DNA from: Polyangiales bacterium
GTDB lineage: Bacteria > Myxococcota_A > Polyangia > Polyangiales > Polyangiaceae
NCBI GenBank assembly: GCA_038230375.1
Contig: JBBRNJ010000018.1
Span: forward strand, 54,601-118,600
Direction: 5' to 3'
DNA length: 64,000 nt
In this document: positions 36,092-46,119 of the stretch, piece by piece
Layout: each line of letters begins with the position of its first letter
Numbering within the stretch: position 1 is the first letter of the stretch
Notes under the pieces: generated by a model
Database searches by the model: none
Told to the model about the DNA's origin: nothing
Seen by the model: the letters and a program-made list of their open reading frames with translations, nothing else
Translations under genes and position numbers: made by a program

Positions 36092-38011
36092 ATGAGCATG
36101 CCCAACACCCCCAAAAAACCAGAGCGCGCGTTCTCGGAACTCCTCCGCCACGACGGCGCGTTCACGGTCGACGGCGCGATGGGCACGCAGCTCTACGAGC
36201 GCGGCGTCCTCTACAGCATGTGCTTCGAGGAGCTGAACCTGTCGCGTCCGGAGCTCATTCGCAAGGTCCACGAGGACTACATTCGCGCCGGCGCCACCCT
36301 CATCGAGACGAACACCTTCGGCGCTCATGCCATGCGCCTGGAGAAGCACGCGCTCTCGCATCGCGTGCGCGAGATCAACCTGGCCGCAGTGAAGATCGCG
36401 CGGGACGCTGCGGACGGTCGGGCCTACGTGCTGGGCGCCATCGGGCCCAGCGGCTACTTCCTGGGCGAGGCAAGCGCCGACGATCTGTTGAAGGTGCGCG
36501 CATCGCTCCTCGAGCAGGCACACGTCCTCGTCGAGGCCGACGTCGACGCGATCGTCGTGGAGACGTTCCGGCAGACGAACGAGCTGCGCGTGGCGATCGA
36601 GGCCGCCGTCAGCGCATCGGGCGGAAAAATCCCCGTGATCGGCTCCGCCTCCGTGGACGAGCGCAGCGCGATGGCGGATGGAACCACCGCAGGCGAGATC
36701 GCACGGCTCATGAAGGAATGGGGCGCGTCCGTCGTGGGCGTGAACTGCTCCGACGGACCCATGACCGCGCTCGAGGCCGTCGAGCAGATGCTCCCGCACG
36801 GCCTGCCGGTATGGGCAGTGCCGAACGCAGGTCTGCCGCGTCGCGTGGACGAGCGCCTGGTGTACGTCTCCACGCCGGAGTACTTCGGCATCTACGCGCG
36901 CCGCATGTTCAAGCTGGGCGTTCGCTTCGTCGGCGGGTGCTGCGGTACCACGCCGGACCACGTGCGACGGATCTCTGCCTCCGCGAAGATGATCTCCCAA
37001 CGCGATCCCGACGGGACGCCCGAGAGCGAGTCGCAGGCGGGCATGCTCGCTCGCGGAGAGTCGTGGTCCGCGTACCCGGAGGCCATCGAGAACGCGATGG
37101 TCCCGGTGCCGTTCGCGGAGCGCAGCCCGCTGGCGAAGAAGCTCGGCAAGCGCTTCGTGGTCAGCGTGGAGGTCAATCCGCCCGTGGGCATGAACCCCGC
37201 CCGCGCCGTGGAAGCCGCGAAGATGCTCAAGGCCGGCGGCATTGACTTCATCAACATCGCCGACGGCGCGCGCGCGCAGGCCCGCATGTCGAACCTGGCC
37301 ATGGCAGTGCGCATGTCGCGCGAGGCCGACATCGAGACCATCGTCCACGTGTGCGGCCGCGACCGCAACCTGCTCGGCACGCTCGCGCACCTCTTGGGCG
37401 CGCACGATCTCGGCATCCGCAACCTGGTCATCATCACCGGCGACCCACCGAAGATGGGCGATTTTCCCGACGCGAGCGCCGTCTACGACCTCGACTCGAT
37501 CGGCATCCTGAAGCTCGCGTCGCGCCTGAACCACGGCATCGACCCGGGTGGCAAGCCGCTGGGCGGCGTGACGTCATTCGTGCTCGCGACGGGCGCGGAG
37601 CCAGCCGCGCTGAACTACCCGCGCGAGATCTCCCGCCTGGAGCTGAAGAAGGCCGCAGGCGCGGAGCTCATCATGACGCAACCCGTGTATGATGCACGCG
37701 TCTTGAACAAGTTCCTGGACGACATCGCGCCGCTCGATCTGCCGGTGCTCGTCGGGGTGCTTCCGCTCGCCAGCTATCGCAACGCGGAGTTCCTCCACAA
37801 CGAGGTGCCCGGCATGCAGGTGCCGGAGCACATTCGCGACCGCATGCGAAAGGCTGGCGCAGGCGTCGAGGGTCGCAAGGAGGGCGTGAAGATCGCGCGC
37901 GAGCTGCTGGCCGAGGTGCGCGGTCGTGTCGCCGGTGCGTACGTGATGCCGCCGCTCGAGCGCTATGAGCTCGCGCTCGAGGTCGTCGACGGCTTCCTGG
38001 AAAAGACATGA
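36092..38011 (+). CDS. yitJ: Bifunctional homocysteine S-methyltransferase / 5,10-methylenetetrahydrofolate reductase (YitJ-like)
   Basis: DGAMGTQL, GVNC, PNAGLP, GGCCGTTP; MTHFR half CGRDRN, ITGDPP, MTQPVYD, HNEVPG. Confidence 0.93.
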   Translation: MSMPNTPKKPERAFSELLRHDGAFTVDGAMGTQLYERGVLYSMCFEELNLSRPELIRKVHEDYIRAGATLIETNTFGAHAMRLEKHALSHRVREINLAAVKIARDAADGRAYVLGAIGPSGYFLGEASADDLLKVRASLLEQAHVLVEADVDAIVVETFRQTNELRVAIEAAVSASGGKIPVIGSASVDERSAMADGTTAGEIARLMKEWGASVVGVNCSDGPMTALEAVEQMLPHGLPVWAVPNAGLPRRVDERLVYVSTPEYFGIYARRMFKLGVRFVGGCCGTTPDHVRRISASAKMISQRDPDGTPESESQAGMLARGESWSAYPEAIENAMVPVPFAERSPLAKKLGKRFVVSVEVNPPVGMNPARAVEAAKMLKAGGIDFINIADGARAQARMSNLAMAVRMSREADIETIVHVCGRDRNLLGTLAHLLGAHDLGIRNLVIITGDPPKMGDFPDASAVYDLDSIGILKLASRLNHGIDPGGKPLGGVTSFVLATGAEPAALNYPREISRLELKKAAGAELIMTQPVYDARVLNKFLDDIAPLDLPVLVGVLPLASYRNAEFLHNEVPGMQVPEHIRDRMRKAGAGVEGRKEGVKIARELLAEVRGRVAGAYVMPPLERYELALEVVDGFLEKT

Positions 38012-39378
38012 CGGCTCTGCGCCACGCCGGGTCGCTCGCAGCCGCGCGCTTCTTGACGGTGGCGGTCCTCTCGCTCGGCCTCTCTGCGTGTGCTTCGTCG
38101 TGCGACAAGGGCAGCGGCGACCCCACGCCAGATGCGGGCGCGCGCACCACCGATGCCGCGACCGAGCGCACGGCCCGCTGCACGGGGCCGGTAAGCCAGC
38201 GCGCGCTGGCATCCGTGACCGAGGTGGGGCCGGCCGTCGTGCTCGGGCGCACCGTCGCGATCGGCGTGCTGTTCGATCCGGGCGGCGGTGGCGGTGTTCA
38301 TCAGGGCGTCGTCCTCACCGACGACGCAGTGTCGAAGGTCACCGTGAAGGATCTCGGCGTGGGCATCGCCGACGGTCCGCCTCCGCGACCGTTCGTGGGC
38401 GGAGCGGACCTCTGGGTCGCATTCCACCCAATGCCTGCTCGCGATGCGGGTGCGGGTGCGTCGCCGCACGGCCTCGTGCTGCGCGCCCAGAAGCTTCTCG
38501 ATGATGCCGGAGCTCCGATCGAGTTCGCGCGCGGCGGCAGCTCGTCGCTCGCGTTCGACGTCGCGTGGGCGAAGGGCTCCGTGATCGCCGCGTGGGAAGA
38601 GGACGTGGAGCGGCGCGGCGTGATTCGAATCGCGCGCGCGGGCAAGGGCGCGCTCACGATCTCCCCTGCAACGACGGACGCAGAGGAGCCGAAGCTCCTC
38701 GCGCTCGCCGACGGTCGCGTTGTCGTCGCGTGGACTGGTCGCCGTGACGAGCCGGTGGACGCTGGACGCGAGCACGAGCTGGAGCGGCCCTCGGAGGCGC
38801 GCGCGTTCCGATGGGCCGAGGTCGCGTTCGCCGATCCCGACAAGCTCGATCCGTCGCTCGGGAAGCCGCTCGAGGACGGGGGAGCGCCGAAGCCCCTCTT
38901 CACTCCGTATCGCGCGTCAGCGGAGAACGGCCACGTGGTAGCCGTGGAGCTCGGCGCCGCACCCGGCGGAGCCGTTGCCTTCGTGCAGGACGACGGCGCG
39001 GAGGCCGATGGCGCGGGTGGGCGCATTCTCTCCTTCGTGCTCACGCCCTCGCAGGCTCGCGACACGCGGGTGCTCGTGGCCCGCAACGTCGGGCACGCGC
39101 TCTTCGACTACCTGCCGGTGTCCGCGACCGCGGAGGGTCCAGAAGGGGCGGCGTTCATCTCGTTCGCCGACGTCGCCGAGCACCAGATGCTGGCGCAGAG
39201 CGCCGCGGACTCCACCGCGACCCTCGAGCCCACGATGGACCCCGGGCGGCCACTCGCCATGCTTCCCGCTCCGGGACGCGGCGTGGAACGACGCGTTCTG
39301 GCCTTGAAAGTGCCTGGTGCCACTGGCGGAAACGGTTCCTCCCCCGCGGAGCTATGGGTGCTGACGTGCACGCCGTAG
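38008..39378 (+). CDS. Hypothetical lipoprotein (possible beta-propeller)
   Basis: Lipobox LSAC; ATGA overlap with yitJ; repeated beta-strand 'VAW/AAW' motifs. Confidence 0.7.
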   Translation: MTALRHAGSLAAARFLTVAVLSLGLSACASSCDKGSGDPTPDAGARTTDAATERTARCTGPVSQRALASVTEVGPAVVLGRTVAIGVLFDPGGGGGVHQGVVLTDDAVSKVTVKDLGVGIADGPPPRPFVGGADLWVAFHPMPARDAGAGASPHGLVLRAQKLLDDAGAPIEFARGGSSSLAFDVAWAKGSVIAAWEEDVERRGVIRIARAGKGALTISPATTDAEEPKLLALADGRVVVAWTGRRDEPVDAGREHELERPSEARAFRWAEVAFADPDKLDPSLGKPLEDGGAPKPLFTPYRASAENGHVVAVELGAAPGGAVAFVQDDGAEADGAGGRILSFVLTPSQARDTRVLVARNVGHALFDYLPVSATAEGPEGAAFISFADVAEHQMLAQSAADSTATLEPTMDPGRPLAMLPAPGRGVERRVLALKVPGATGGNGSSPAELWVLTCTP

Positions 39379-39505
39379 AAGGACATTTGCGGGCCTTCGA
39401 GCGGCCACCCTTGCCGGCATTGCCCCCTTTCGAGTACGGTTCTTGCCGTATGAACCGCGGTGCACGAAATGAACGTGCGAACCTCACCTCTATCTGCATG
39501 AATCT

Positions 39506-39579
39506 GGGCCCATAGCTCAATCGGTCAGAGCCCCCGGCTCATAACCGGGCTGTTCCTGGTTCGAACCCAGGTGGGCCCA
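39506..39579 (+). tRNA. tRNA with CAU anticodon, most likely tRNA-Ile2 (lysidine); CCA not encoded
   Basis: Acceptor GGGCCCA/TGGGCCC, discriminator A, D-arm TAGCTCAATCGGTCAGAGC, anticodon loop CTCATAA, T-loop TTCGAAC; C4:G69 and C5:G68 TilS determinants. Confidence 0.93.
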
Positions 39580-39616
39580 CGGACTTCCGAACGGAAATCT
39601 CGAAGGAGCGCGCGCA

Positions 39617-40357
39617 TTGAGTAGCGTCACCGAACAAATCAAAGCCCTGGAAGACCTTGCCGCCATGGACGCCGAGATGAAATCCATCTCGGACAAGCTC
39701 GGCGAGGAGCGCACCACCTTGGCCGCGCTGACGGAGGGCCTGAACAAGCTGGAGACGAAGCTCACCGCCGACCGCGCGCACCTCGCTCAGACCGAGAAGA
39801 CGAAGGGCGAGTGTCAGCTGGAGGTCCGCAACATGACCAACCAGATCGAGCACTCGCGAGAGAAGCTCAATCGCTCTCGCACGGAGCGCGAATCCAACGC
39901 CGCCCAGCGCGAGATGGAGGAGCTCCGCAAGCTGCTCAAGGATCGCGAGGACGACGTGCAGAAGCTGGCCGCAGAGGCCGACGGCGTGCACGCGCAGATC
40001 ACCACGACCGAGGCGCAGGCCCAGGTCATCCGTGGTGAGCTCGCCGCGCAGAAGGACGGTATCGAGTCCAAGATGGCGGAGCTCGAGAAGCAGAAGTCCG
40101 GCAAGGAGAGCCCCCGCGACATCCTCGCAAAACGCATCCCGCCGATCCTCTACCGCCGCTACGAGCAGCTGCGCGGCAAGCGCGTCTACGCCGTGACGCG
40201 GACCACGGATGGCACGTGCAAGGCGTGCAACATGGGGCTCCCACCGCAGATGTTCCACAAGCTCCGCCGCGAGCCCACGATCGACCAGTGCCCCTCCTGC
40301 AACCGCATCATCTACTATGTGGCGCCGGCCGCCGCGGCCCCCAAGGACGACGCATGA
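39617..40357 (+). CDS. Coiled-coil C4 zinc-ribbon protein (zf-RING_7, CT398/HP0958-like)
   Basis: Long coiled coil then CKACNM...CPSCNRIIY. Confidence 0.9.
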   Translation: MSSVTEQIKALEDLAAMDAEMKSISDKLGEERTTLAALTEGLNKLETKLTADRAHLAQTEKTKGECQLEVRNMTNQIEHSREKLNRSRTERESNAAQREMEELRKLLKDREDDVQKLAAEADGVHAQITTTEAQAQVIRGELAAQKDGIESKMAELEKQKSGKESPRDILAKRIPPILYRRYEQLRGKRVYAVTRTTDGTCKACNMGLPPQMFHKLRREPTIDQCPSCNRIIYYVAPAAAAPKDDA

Positions 40358-40376
40358 ACACGTCGGCGAACCCGAA

Positions 40377-41690
40377 ATGAAGAGCTGCCCCACGTGCAAG
40401 CGCAGTTTCCCGGATGACGCGGGCTTCTGCCCGGCGGACGGTACTGGGCTCACGTTCGCCAGCATGGTGCCGGTCGCAGGCACCTCCGACGATCCGCGCG
40501 TTGGGCAGAAGCTCTGCAACCGCTACGACATCCGCCGCGTCGTCGCAGACGGCGGCATGGGCCGCGTGTACGAGGGTATCGACAAGAACAACAACGAGCG
40601 CATCGCCGTGAAGGTTCTCCACGACGACGTCTCCAAGGACGAGGTCTCGCTCGAGCGCTTCAAGCGTGAGTACAGCATCTCGTCGCAGATACCGCACAAG
40701 CACATTGTCCGCGTGTTCGACTTCCAGCGCGACGAGGTCGCGGGCGTGTGGATGCTCGCCATGGAATTCCTCGACGGCGAGGAGCTGCGCCTGGTGCTGA
40801 AGCGCGAGAAGAACATCGCTCCCGAGCGCGTCATCCGCATGATGTCGCAGACAGCGCTCGGCCTGGACGAAGCGCACGCTCGCAAGTTCGTCCATCGCGA
40901 CCTGAAGCCCGACAACCTCTTCTTGTGTGGCACGCGCGACGGCGACGAAGTGAAGATCCTCGACTTCGGGTCCGTGAAGGACACGAACAAGGATGCGAAG
41001 AAGCTGACGGTGCTCGGCACCACGATCGGCTCGCCCTACTACATGGCACCGGAGCAGGCGCAGGGCCTGGACACGCTGGACGCGCGCGCGGACGTGTTCG
41101 CCCTCGCGGCGATCGCCTACGAGTGCCTCACTGGCTCCGTGCCATTCACGGGCACCAACGGCCCGAGCATCCTGCTCTCCATCCTCACCAAGGATCCCGT
41201 CCCGCCGAGCGAGGCGGGCAAGGCATCCAAGCACCCGGTGCCGCAGACCATGGACGACGTGATGGAGGTGGCGCTCGCAAAGAACCCGGCCATCCGCACG
41301 AAGAGTGTCGGCGCACTCGCGGACGCCATCGGTCAGGCGTATGGGCTCGCAGGTGACCATCGCGTGTGGGCAACGACGCCTGTCTCGGATCTCGCGCGCC
41401 AGGTCGCAGAGGCCGCACCCAGGATCGCCGCAGCAGTCAGGCCGGTCGAGGCCGCAGCGGATCCGTTCGCGTCACCCCCTGGTGGTGGCGGGCAGGGGGG
41501 CATGCAGCCCCGCGACGCATCGCGGGCGATGGACCAGGCGTTCCAGGCCTCGCGAGAGGCGGCGTACTACGACGACGGAAGCGCCGCAGGTGTGCCCCGC
41601 GGCGGCAATACGTGGCTCTTGCCCGTCATCGTCGGTGTCGCCGCGCTCGCACTGGGAGTTGCCGTGGTCGCGTTCGTCGCGCTCCGGTGA
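40377..41690 (+). CDS. Ser/Thr protein kinase with N-terminal zinc ribbon and C-terminal TM anchor
   Basis: CPTC..FCPADG; GGMGRVY, IAVK, HRDLKPDN, DFG, YMAPEQ. Confidence 0.92.
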   Translation: MKSCPTCKRSFPDDAGFCPADGTGLTFASMVPVAGTSDDPRVGQKLCNRYDIRRVVADGGMGRVYEGIDKNNNERIAVKVLHDDVSKDEVSLERFKREYSISSQIPHKHIVRVFDFQRDEVAGVWMLAMEFLDGEELRLVLKREKNIAPERVIRMMSQTALGLDEAHARKFVHRDLKPDNLFLCGTRDGDEVKILDFGSVKDTNKDAKKLTVLGTTIGSPYYMAPEQAQGLDTLDARADVFALAAIAYECLTGSVPFTGTNGPSILLSILTKDPVPPSEAGKASKHPVPQTMDDVMEVALAKNPAIRTKSVGALADAIGQAYGLAGDHRVWATTPVSDLARQVAEAAPRIAAAVRPVEAAADPFASPPGGGGQGGMQPRDASRAMDQAFQASREAAYYDDGSAAGVPRGGNTWLLPVIVGVAALALGVAVVAFVALR

Positions 41691-41754
41691 TCACTGATTC
41701 CCGAGCGCACTGATTCCCGAGCTCACTGATTCCCAAGCTCACTGATTCGCGAGC
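41691..41754. repeat. Four tandem 16-bp repeats (TCACTGATTCCCGAGC consensus)
   Basis: Units at 41691, 41707, 41723, 41739; the last unit is the 3' end and stop of the permease gene. Confidence 0.92.
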
Positions 41755-43268
41755 GCGCGCAACCGCCTTGCGCGCATGTACGCGAAGCCGAAGAGCGCCG
41801 TTCCGACCGCCGCCCAACCTGCAATGCAGAGGATGCCGGCGTAGAGGTCCGCGTCGTGCGAACGGTACGAGCTCTCGAGTGCGTCGAACATGGCCGCGAC
41901 ATAGAGCGGGCTCGGTGATGCGAGAGGGACCAGGTCTCCCGTCGCGCCATCCGTGGTCGCCTTCATGATCAGGAGGAAGATCGGCGGGCCAAGGGCTGCA
42001 GCCACGACCACACCGACCGTGATGAGCCGTGCGAGGAGCGCGTTCGAGCCACGCGCGCGGAGCACTGCAAGCAGTCCACCAACGAACAGGAAGAAGGCCG
42101 CGCCGTAGGCGTAGGCCGACATCACCTGACCCAGATTGCGCAAGCTGTTGCCGCTAGATCCCAGCGTGGCAATCACGCCCAGCATCATTGCGGTCGCCGT
42201 GGCGAGCGACACGCCCAGGAACATTCCGATCGTCGTCACGAGCCCCGGATTCGCAATCGACCGCCGGCTGGCCTGTCGCGCGAGCCTCATGAGCACGCGC
42301 TTGGACGCCGTCACCGGCTCCGCCCCGAGCAGCAGGAGCGCCGCGAACGTGAATCCGAAGAAGAGTACGCCACCGACCACAGCGAGACCCACGCGATTGC
42401 GATCGCTATCGGCGACGAGCACGGGGCACATGGCGGCGAACCCAAGCGCCGGAACGGACCAGAGGAACCAGCGTCGATAGCCGCTCGCGCGGTCGTCCGT
42501 GTCCTCCTTCATGTGAGCCACGGCGGTCTCGTACAGGAACCAACCCGCGGTGCCGAACAGGATGACCGGCATGCAGATGAGGAGCAGCACATAGTCGGCG
42601 CCGAACGGAGCGCGTACCCAGGCGAGCGGGAGCCAGATCGGGTGTGCCTCCGGGATGGCGTGCCACTTGTCGTGCATCGCGAACGACGAGCCAAAGCCGA
42701 AGAGCGCGAACAAGAGGCCGCCGAACATGATGCTTGCCGTCAACGTGGCGATGGTGGCGCCGCGTTGCTGCTTCCACACCGCGGAGAGCGCAGTGCCCAG
42801 GAGCGACGCGAGGCACGCAACCGCAAACAGCACCACGAACCCCAGGAACACCTCCGTGGCGCTCACGCCGCCGAAGAGAAACGACAGGCCCGCGATCGGA
42901 GAGAGCGCGATGATGTAGAGCCCGCTCGATGCGAGACCGGCGAGAAACTTCTCCTTCGCGATCTTCTGCGGCGAGAGCCCAGAGAGAATCAGCGCCTCCC
43001 ACGTGCGCCCCTCACGTTCGCTCGCGACCATGGCCGACGAGATCGCCGGTCCGAAGATCATCGCGACCAGGTAGCCCACCGAGAAGAACGCCTGGAAGAT
43101 GCCCTGGCCGAGCTCTGCGGGGTTTCCCCTGTCGGACGTGGCCATGGCGCCGAAGGCCGCGAGCCCGAGCCCGAGCACCAGGGTCAGGATCATGAGCAGC
43201 CACGGCGTGCGCGCGAGGCGCATCGAGGCTTGCATCTCGCGTACGAAGATCGGGTGGTGCAGGTTCAT
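41739..43268 (-). CDS. ABC-2 type transporter permease (large, multi-TM)
   Basis: Start MNLHHPIFVRE overlapping the ATPase stop; 'SEREGRTWEALILSGLS...KF'. Confidence 0.88.
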   Translation of the reverse strand: MNLHHPIFVREMQASMRLARTPWLLMILTLVLGLGLAAFGAMATSDRGNPAELGQGIFQAFFSVGYLVAMIFGPAISSAMVASEREGRTWEALILSGLSPQKIAKEKFLAGLASSGLYIIALSPIAGLSFLFGGVSATEVFLGFVVLFAVACLASLLGTALSAVWKQQRGATIATLTASIMFGGLLFALFGFGSSFAMHDKWHAIPEAHPIWLPLAWVRAPFGADYVLLLICMPVILFGTAGWFLYETAVAHMKEDTDDRASGYRRWFLWSVPALGFAAMCPVLVADSDRNRVGLAVVGGVLFFGFTFAALLLLGAEPVTASKRVLMRLARQASRRSIANPGLVTTIGMFLGVSLATATAMMLGVIATLGSSGNSLRNLGQVMSAYAYGAAFFLFVGGLLAVLRARGSNALLARLITVGVVVAAALGPPIFLLIMKATTDGATGDLVPLASPSPLYVAAMFDALESSYRSHDADLYAGILCIAGWAAVGTALFGFAYMRARRLRALANQ

Positions 43269-44251
43269 TGTTGCTCTCCAGCGGTGACCGAGAGGAAGAC
43301 TTGTTCGAGCTCCGAGCGCTCGGGCTCGACGCCAACGACGCCGACACCGCCCGAGACGAGCGCGCTCACCACGGCGGCGATGGTCTCGTCGCCTCCCTGG
43401 TAGGAGAAAGAGAGGAAGCCCTTCTGCACGGGTGTCACGTCGTGCACGCCACCTGTCGCGCGGACGATGTCGGTCGCGCGGTCGTGGTGCGCGCCCGGCA
43501 AGATGCGGAGGCGGGCGGTGTCCTTGTGGGTCTCGTTGCGCATGCTGCGACCGATCGCGTCCACGGGGCCGCACGCCACCAGGCGTCCGCGCTCGAGGAT
43601 GGCGACCTGTGTGCAGACCTCGGCGAGCTCGGTGAGGATGTGGCTCGAGAGGAACACGGTCTTTCCGTTCTTTGCGAGGTCCACCAGCAGGTCGCGCATC
43701 TCGATGCGGGCGCGCGGGTCGAGATCGCTCGCCGGCTCGTCCAGGATCAGCACCTTCGGGTCGTGCAGGAGGACGCGTGCAAGCTGCACCCTTTGTTTCT
43801 GTCCCTTCGAGAGGCTCGTGACCATGCGATCGCGGAGCGGACCGATGTCGGTCAGCTCGATGACGCCTGCGACGACGTGCTTCGCAACGCCGACCGCCGC
43901 CGCGAAGAACTGCAGGAACTCACCGACGGTGATGCGCTCGTACACGCCAGCGTGGTCGGGCATGTACCCGATGAGACGCCGCACCTCCTCTGGATCGTAT
44001 GTGGTGTCCCTGCCGCAGACCTCCACGGTGCCTTCCGTGGGCTCGAGCATGGTGGACAGCACACGGATGGTCGTGGTCTTGCCAGCGCCGTTCGGACCGA
44101 TGAAGCCGAAGATCTCTCCGTGGCCGACATCGAAGGAGAGGTTCTGCACGGCCTGGAAGCCGCCGAAGCGCATCGACAGGTTCTTCACGGAGATCGCGGG
44201 GGTCGCGGCGATGTGGCTGGTGACGTCCGGCTGCGAGACCGCGGCGCTCAT
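43265..44251 (-). CDS. ABC transporter ATP-binding protein
   Basis: GPNGAGKTT, LSKGQ, ILDEP, SSHIL. Confidence 0.95.
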   Translation of the reverse strand: MSAAVSQPDVTSHIAATPAISVKNLSMRFGGFQAVQNLSFDVGHGEIFGFIGPNGAGKTTTIRVLSTMLEPTEGTVEVCGRDTTYDPEEVRRLIGYMPDHAGVYERITVGEFLQFFAAAVGVAKHVVAGVIELTDIGPLRDRMVTSLSKGQKQRVQLARVLLHDPKVLILDEPASDLDPRARIEMRDLLVDLAKNGKTVFLSSHILTELAEVCTQVAILERGRLVACGPVDAIGRSMRNETHKDTARLRILPGAHHDRATDIVRATGGVHDVTPVQKGFLSFSYQGGDETIAAVVSALVSGGVGVVGVEPERSELEQVFLSVTAGEQQ

Positions 44252-46119
44252 TCTGCACCGCCCATCACGCGCACCAGGGTGCGGCTAGACTCCACATGGA
44301 GGCCCGAGTCCTTGTCCGGAGCCGAGAGCCCCAAGACCTCTCCCACGAGCGTGGCCTGATGTTTTTGGAAGAGCGGGTCGCTCGCTTGCTCCGAGATGGC
44401 GGTCCAGGCCGCCACGAACGCATCACGTCGTTCCGACGGAACGGACAGGCCCAGCTCCCACGCGTAGAACGCGCCGCCCGTGCACGATTGGCCAGCGGTC
44501 CGCCCAGCGGAGAGCTTCGTCGCGGTGTGCGCGGGGATCTCCTCGAAGTACGTGCACTGTCCGTCGGCCGAGCGAATGATCGCGTCGCGAAGCGTGTGCG
44601 ACGTGCCGTTCTTCACCGAGTCCGCAAGGAGTGAGATGCCGCCGTCGACCGAGGTCACAGCCTCGTCCGTGGTCATCACCGCCTGCCACGGTGGCAGCGT
44701 GACATCGCGGAGCACGCTCTCTCGGTCGGAGAGGACGAGGGTCTCGCCTCCCTCGCGGTTGCCACTCGCGATCGCCAGACGTGGGAGCGAGAGCTGCGTC
44801 GCGGGCTCGATGTTCACGGTGGTGGCGCGCGTGGAGTAGAACGCGCGGTAGATCCGCGACGGGCCGGTGTCCTCGCCGTGTCCGAGCTCCACGAAGGTAA
44901 GCCTGCGCGACCTGCCGTGGATGCCCTTCGAAAAGAGGCCAATGCCCAGGATGATGCCGAACGCGAGCGCTGCAGCGCCGGGCACGGTGTAGAGCACCTC
45001 GAGCGGCTTGCCGCGACGCCTTGCGCGCCTGTAGAGCAGCGGGCCCACGACGATGGAGTAGACGACCAGCAGCAGCGCAGCAGCGCCCAGCGCCGGACGG
45101 AAGTGCTCGTTGGGATCGAGCGCGCGGCGCATGGTGTCCATCTCGTAGCTGCGGCCCGAGGTCGTGAGCACGCCATTGTGCGGCGTGTCGAGCGCGCTGC
45201 GCACCTCCTCCGTCACAACATCCATGGAAACGCGCGGCTCGTGCGGGGCGACCGTGACCACGCGACCTGCCCCGAGCGAGACACTCCGGATCGAGGAGAG
45301 CGGGGTCTGGCGCGGAAGCTCCGGAAGGGAGGCCTCGTGCTTGTCCACCAGAACGAGCCGTCCACCGAGCTTCACCCATGCGACGAGCGCGGCGCGCGCG
45401 TTGTCCGTGAGGCTTGCGATCGCGGAGTCGGAGGCGAGGACAACAGTGGCCTCTTGATAGCCGTAGACGTGCTCCGGCGCCCGAACCTTGCCGTCCATGG
45501 TGGGCGGATGCGTGACCGTGATCGACTTCACCTCCGGCGACCCATACGTGGTGCGATGGTCGATGCGCGCCTGCGCCAGGAGCGAGAGCAGTTCGCTCTC
45601 GTCGTTCGTCATCGCCACGACCAGAGGGTTGTCACGCGTGGTCGAGCTCACGCGGGCCCGCCCGACCTCGTGCCCGCCATGATCGCGCACGACGACGGCG
45701 ACGTCGCTCGCGTACTCGCGCGTAGGGTCCACCGGCACCACGAGCGTCGCGCTCTTGTCGACGTGGATGGTGCTCTCCACGTACGGCTTGGCGTTCGCGT
45801 TGTACGCATTCTGGAGCGTGACCGTCGCGTCCTCGTTGCGCGCCCACTCGACATGAACGACGAGATCGGACATGCCGGTGGAGCTGAGGCTCGGTAGACC
45901 GAGCGCCGGCTCGGCGAGCACCAGCGCGCCTGTCGGCTCCAGCTGGCCCGACGGACTGAGCCCGCCAAGGTCGACCCCCGCGCTTGCTGTTGCTGGCGCG
46001 AGCGTGGCGCCGAGCGCCAGCAGCGGCAAGAGCAACGACGAGAACACGCGTGGCGCCCGGAACGGGAAAGCGGTTTTCACGAGCCGTTGTACGAGTGAGC
46101 TACCCGAACCTATTCCCAT
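44248..46119 (-). CDS. Exported membrane protein with glutamine-amidotransferase-like domain and two TMs, co-transcribed with the ABC genes
   Basis: Signal-like N-terminus; 'ALVAWVKLGGRLVL', 'LGAGRV', 'YSIVVGP'; ATGA overlap; start uncertain. Confidence 0.75.
   Translation of the reverse strand: MGIGSGSSLVQRLVKTAFPFRAPRVFSSLLLPLLALGATLAPATASAGVDLGGLSPSGQLEPTGALVLAEPALGLPSLSSTGMSDLVVHVEWARNEDATVTLQNAYNANAKPYVESTIHVDKSATLVVPVDPTREYASDVAVVVRDHGGHEVGRARVSSTTRDNPLVVAMTNDESELLSLLAQARIDHRTTYGSPEVKSITVTHPPTMDGKVRAPEHVYGYQEATVVLASDSAIASLTDNARAALVAWVKLGGRLVLVDKHEASLPELPRQTPLSSIRSVSLGAGRVVTVAPHEPRVSMDVVTEEVRSALDTPHNGVLTTSGRSYEMDTMRRALDPNEHFRPALGAAALLLVVYSIVVGPLLYRRARRRGKPLEVLYTVPGAAALAFGIILGIGLFSKGIHGRSRRLTFVELGHGEDTGPSRIYRAFYSTRATTVNIEPATQLSLPRLAIASGNREGGETLVLSDRESVLRDVTLPPWQAVMTTDEAVTSVDGGISLLADSVKNGTSHTLRDAIIRSADGQCTYFEEIPAHTATKLSAGRTAGQSCTGGAFYAWELGLSVPSERRDAFVAAWTAISEQASDPLFQKHQATLVGEVLGLSAPDKDSGLHVESSRTLVRVMGGAE

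Noticed and set aside
39506..39620. tRNA as an integration site for an island or prophage
   Set aside because: No integrase, no duplicated tRNA 3' end seen, and the flanks are core-type genes
41691..41754. Possible mini-CRISPR array
   Set aside because: Units are contiguous 16-mers without spacers and no cas genes are present
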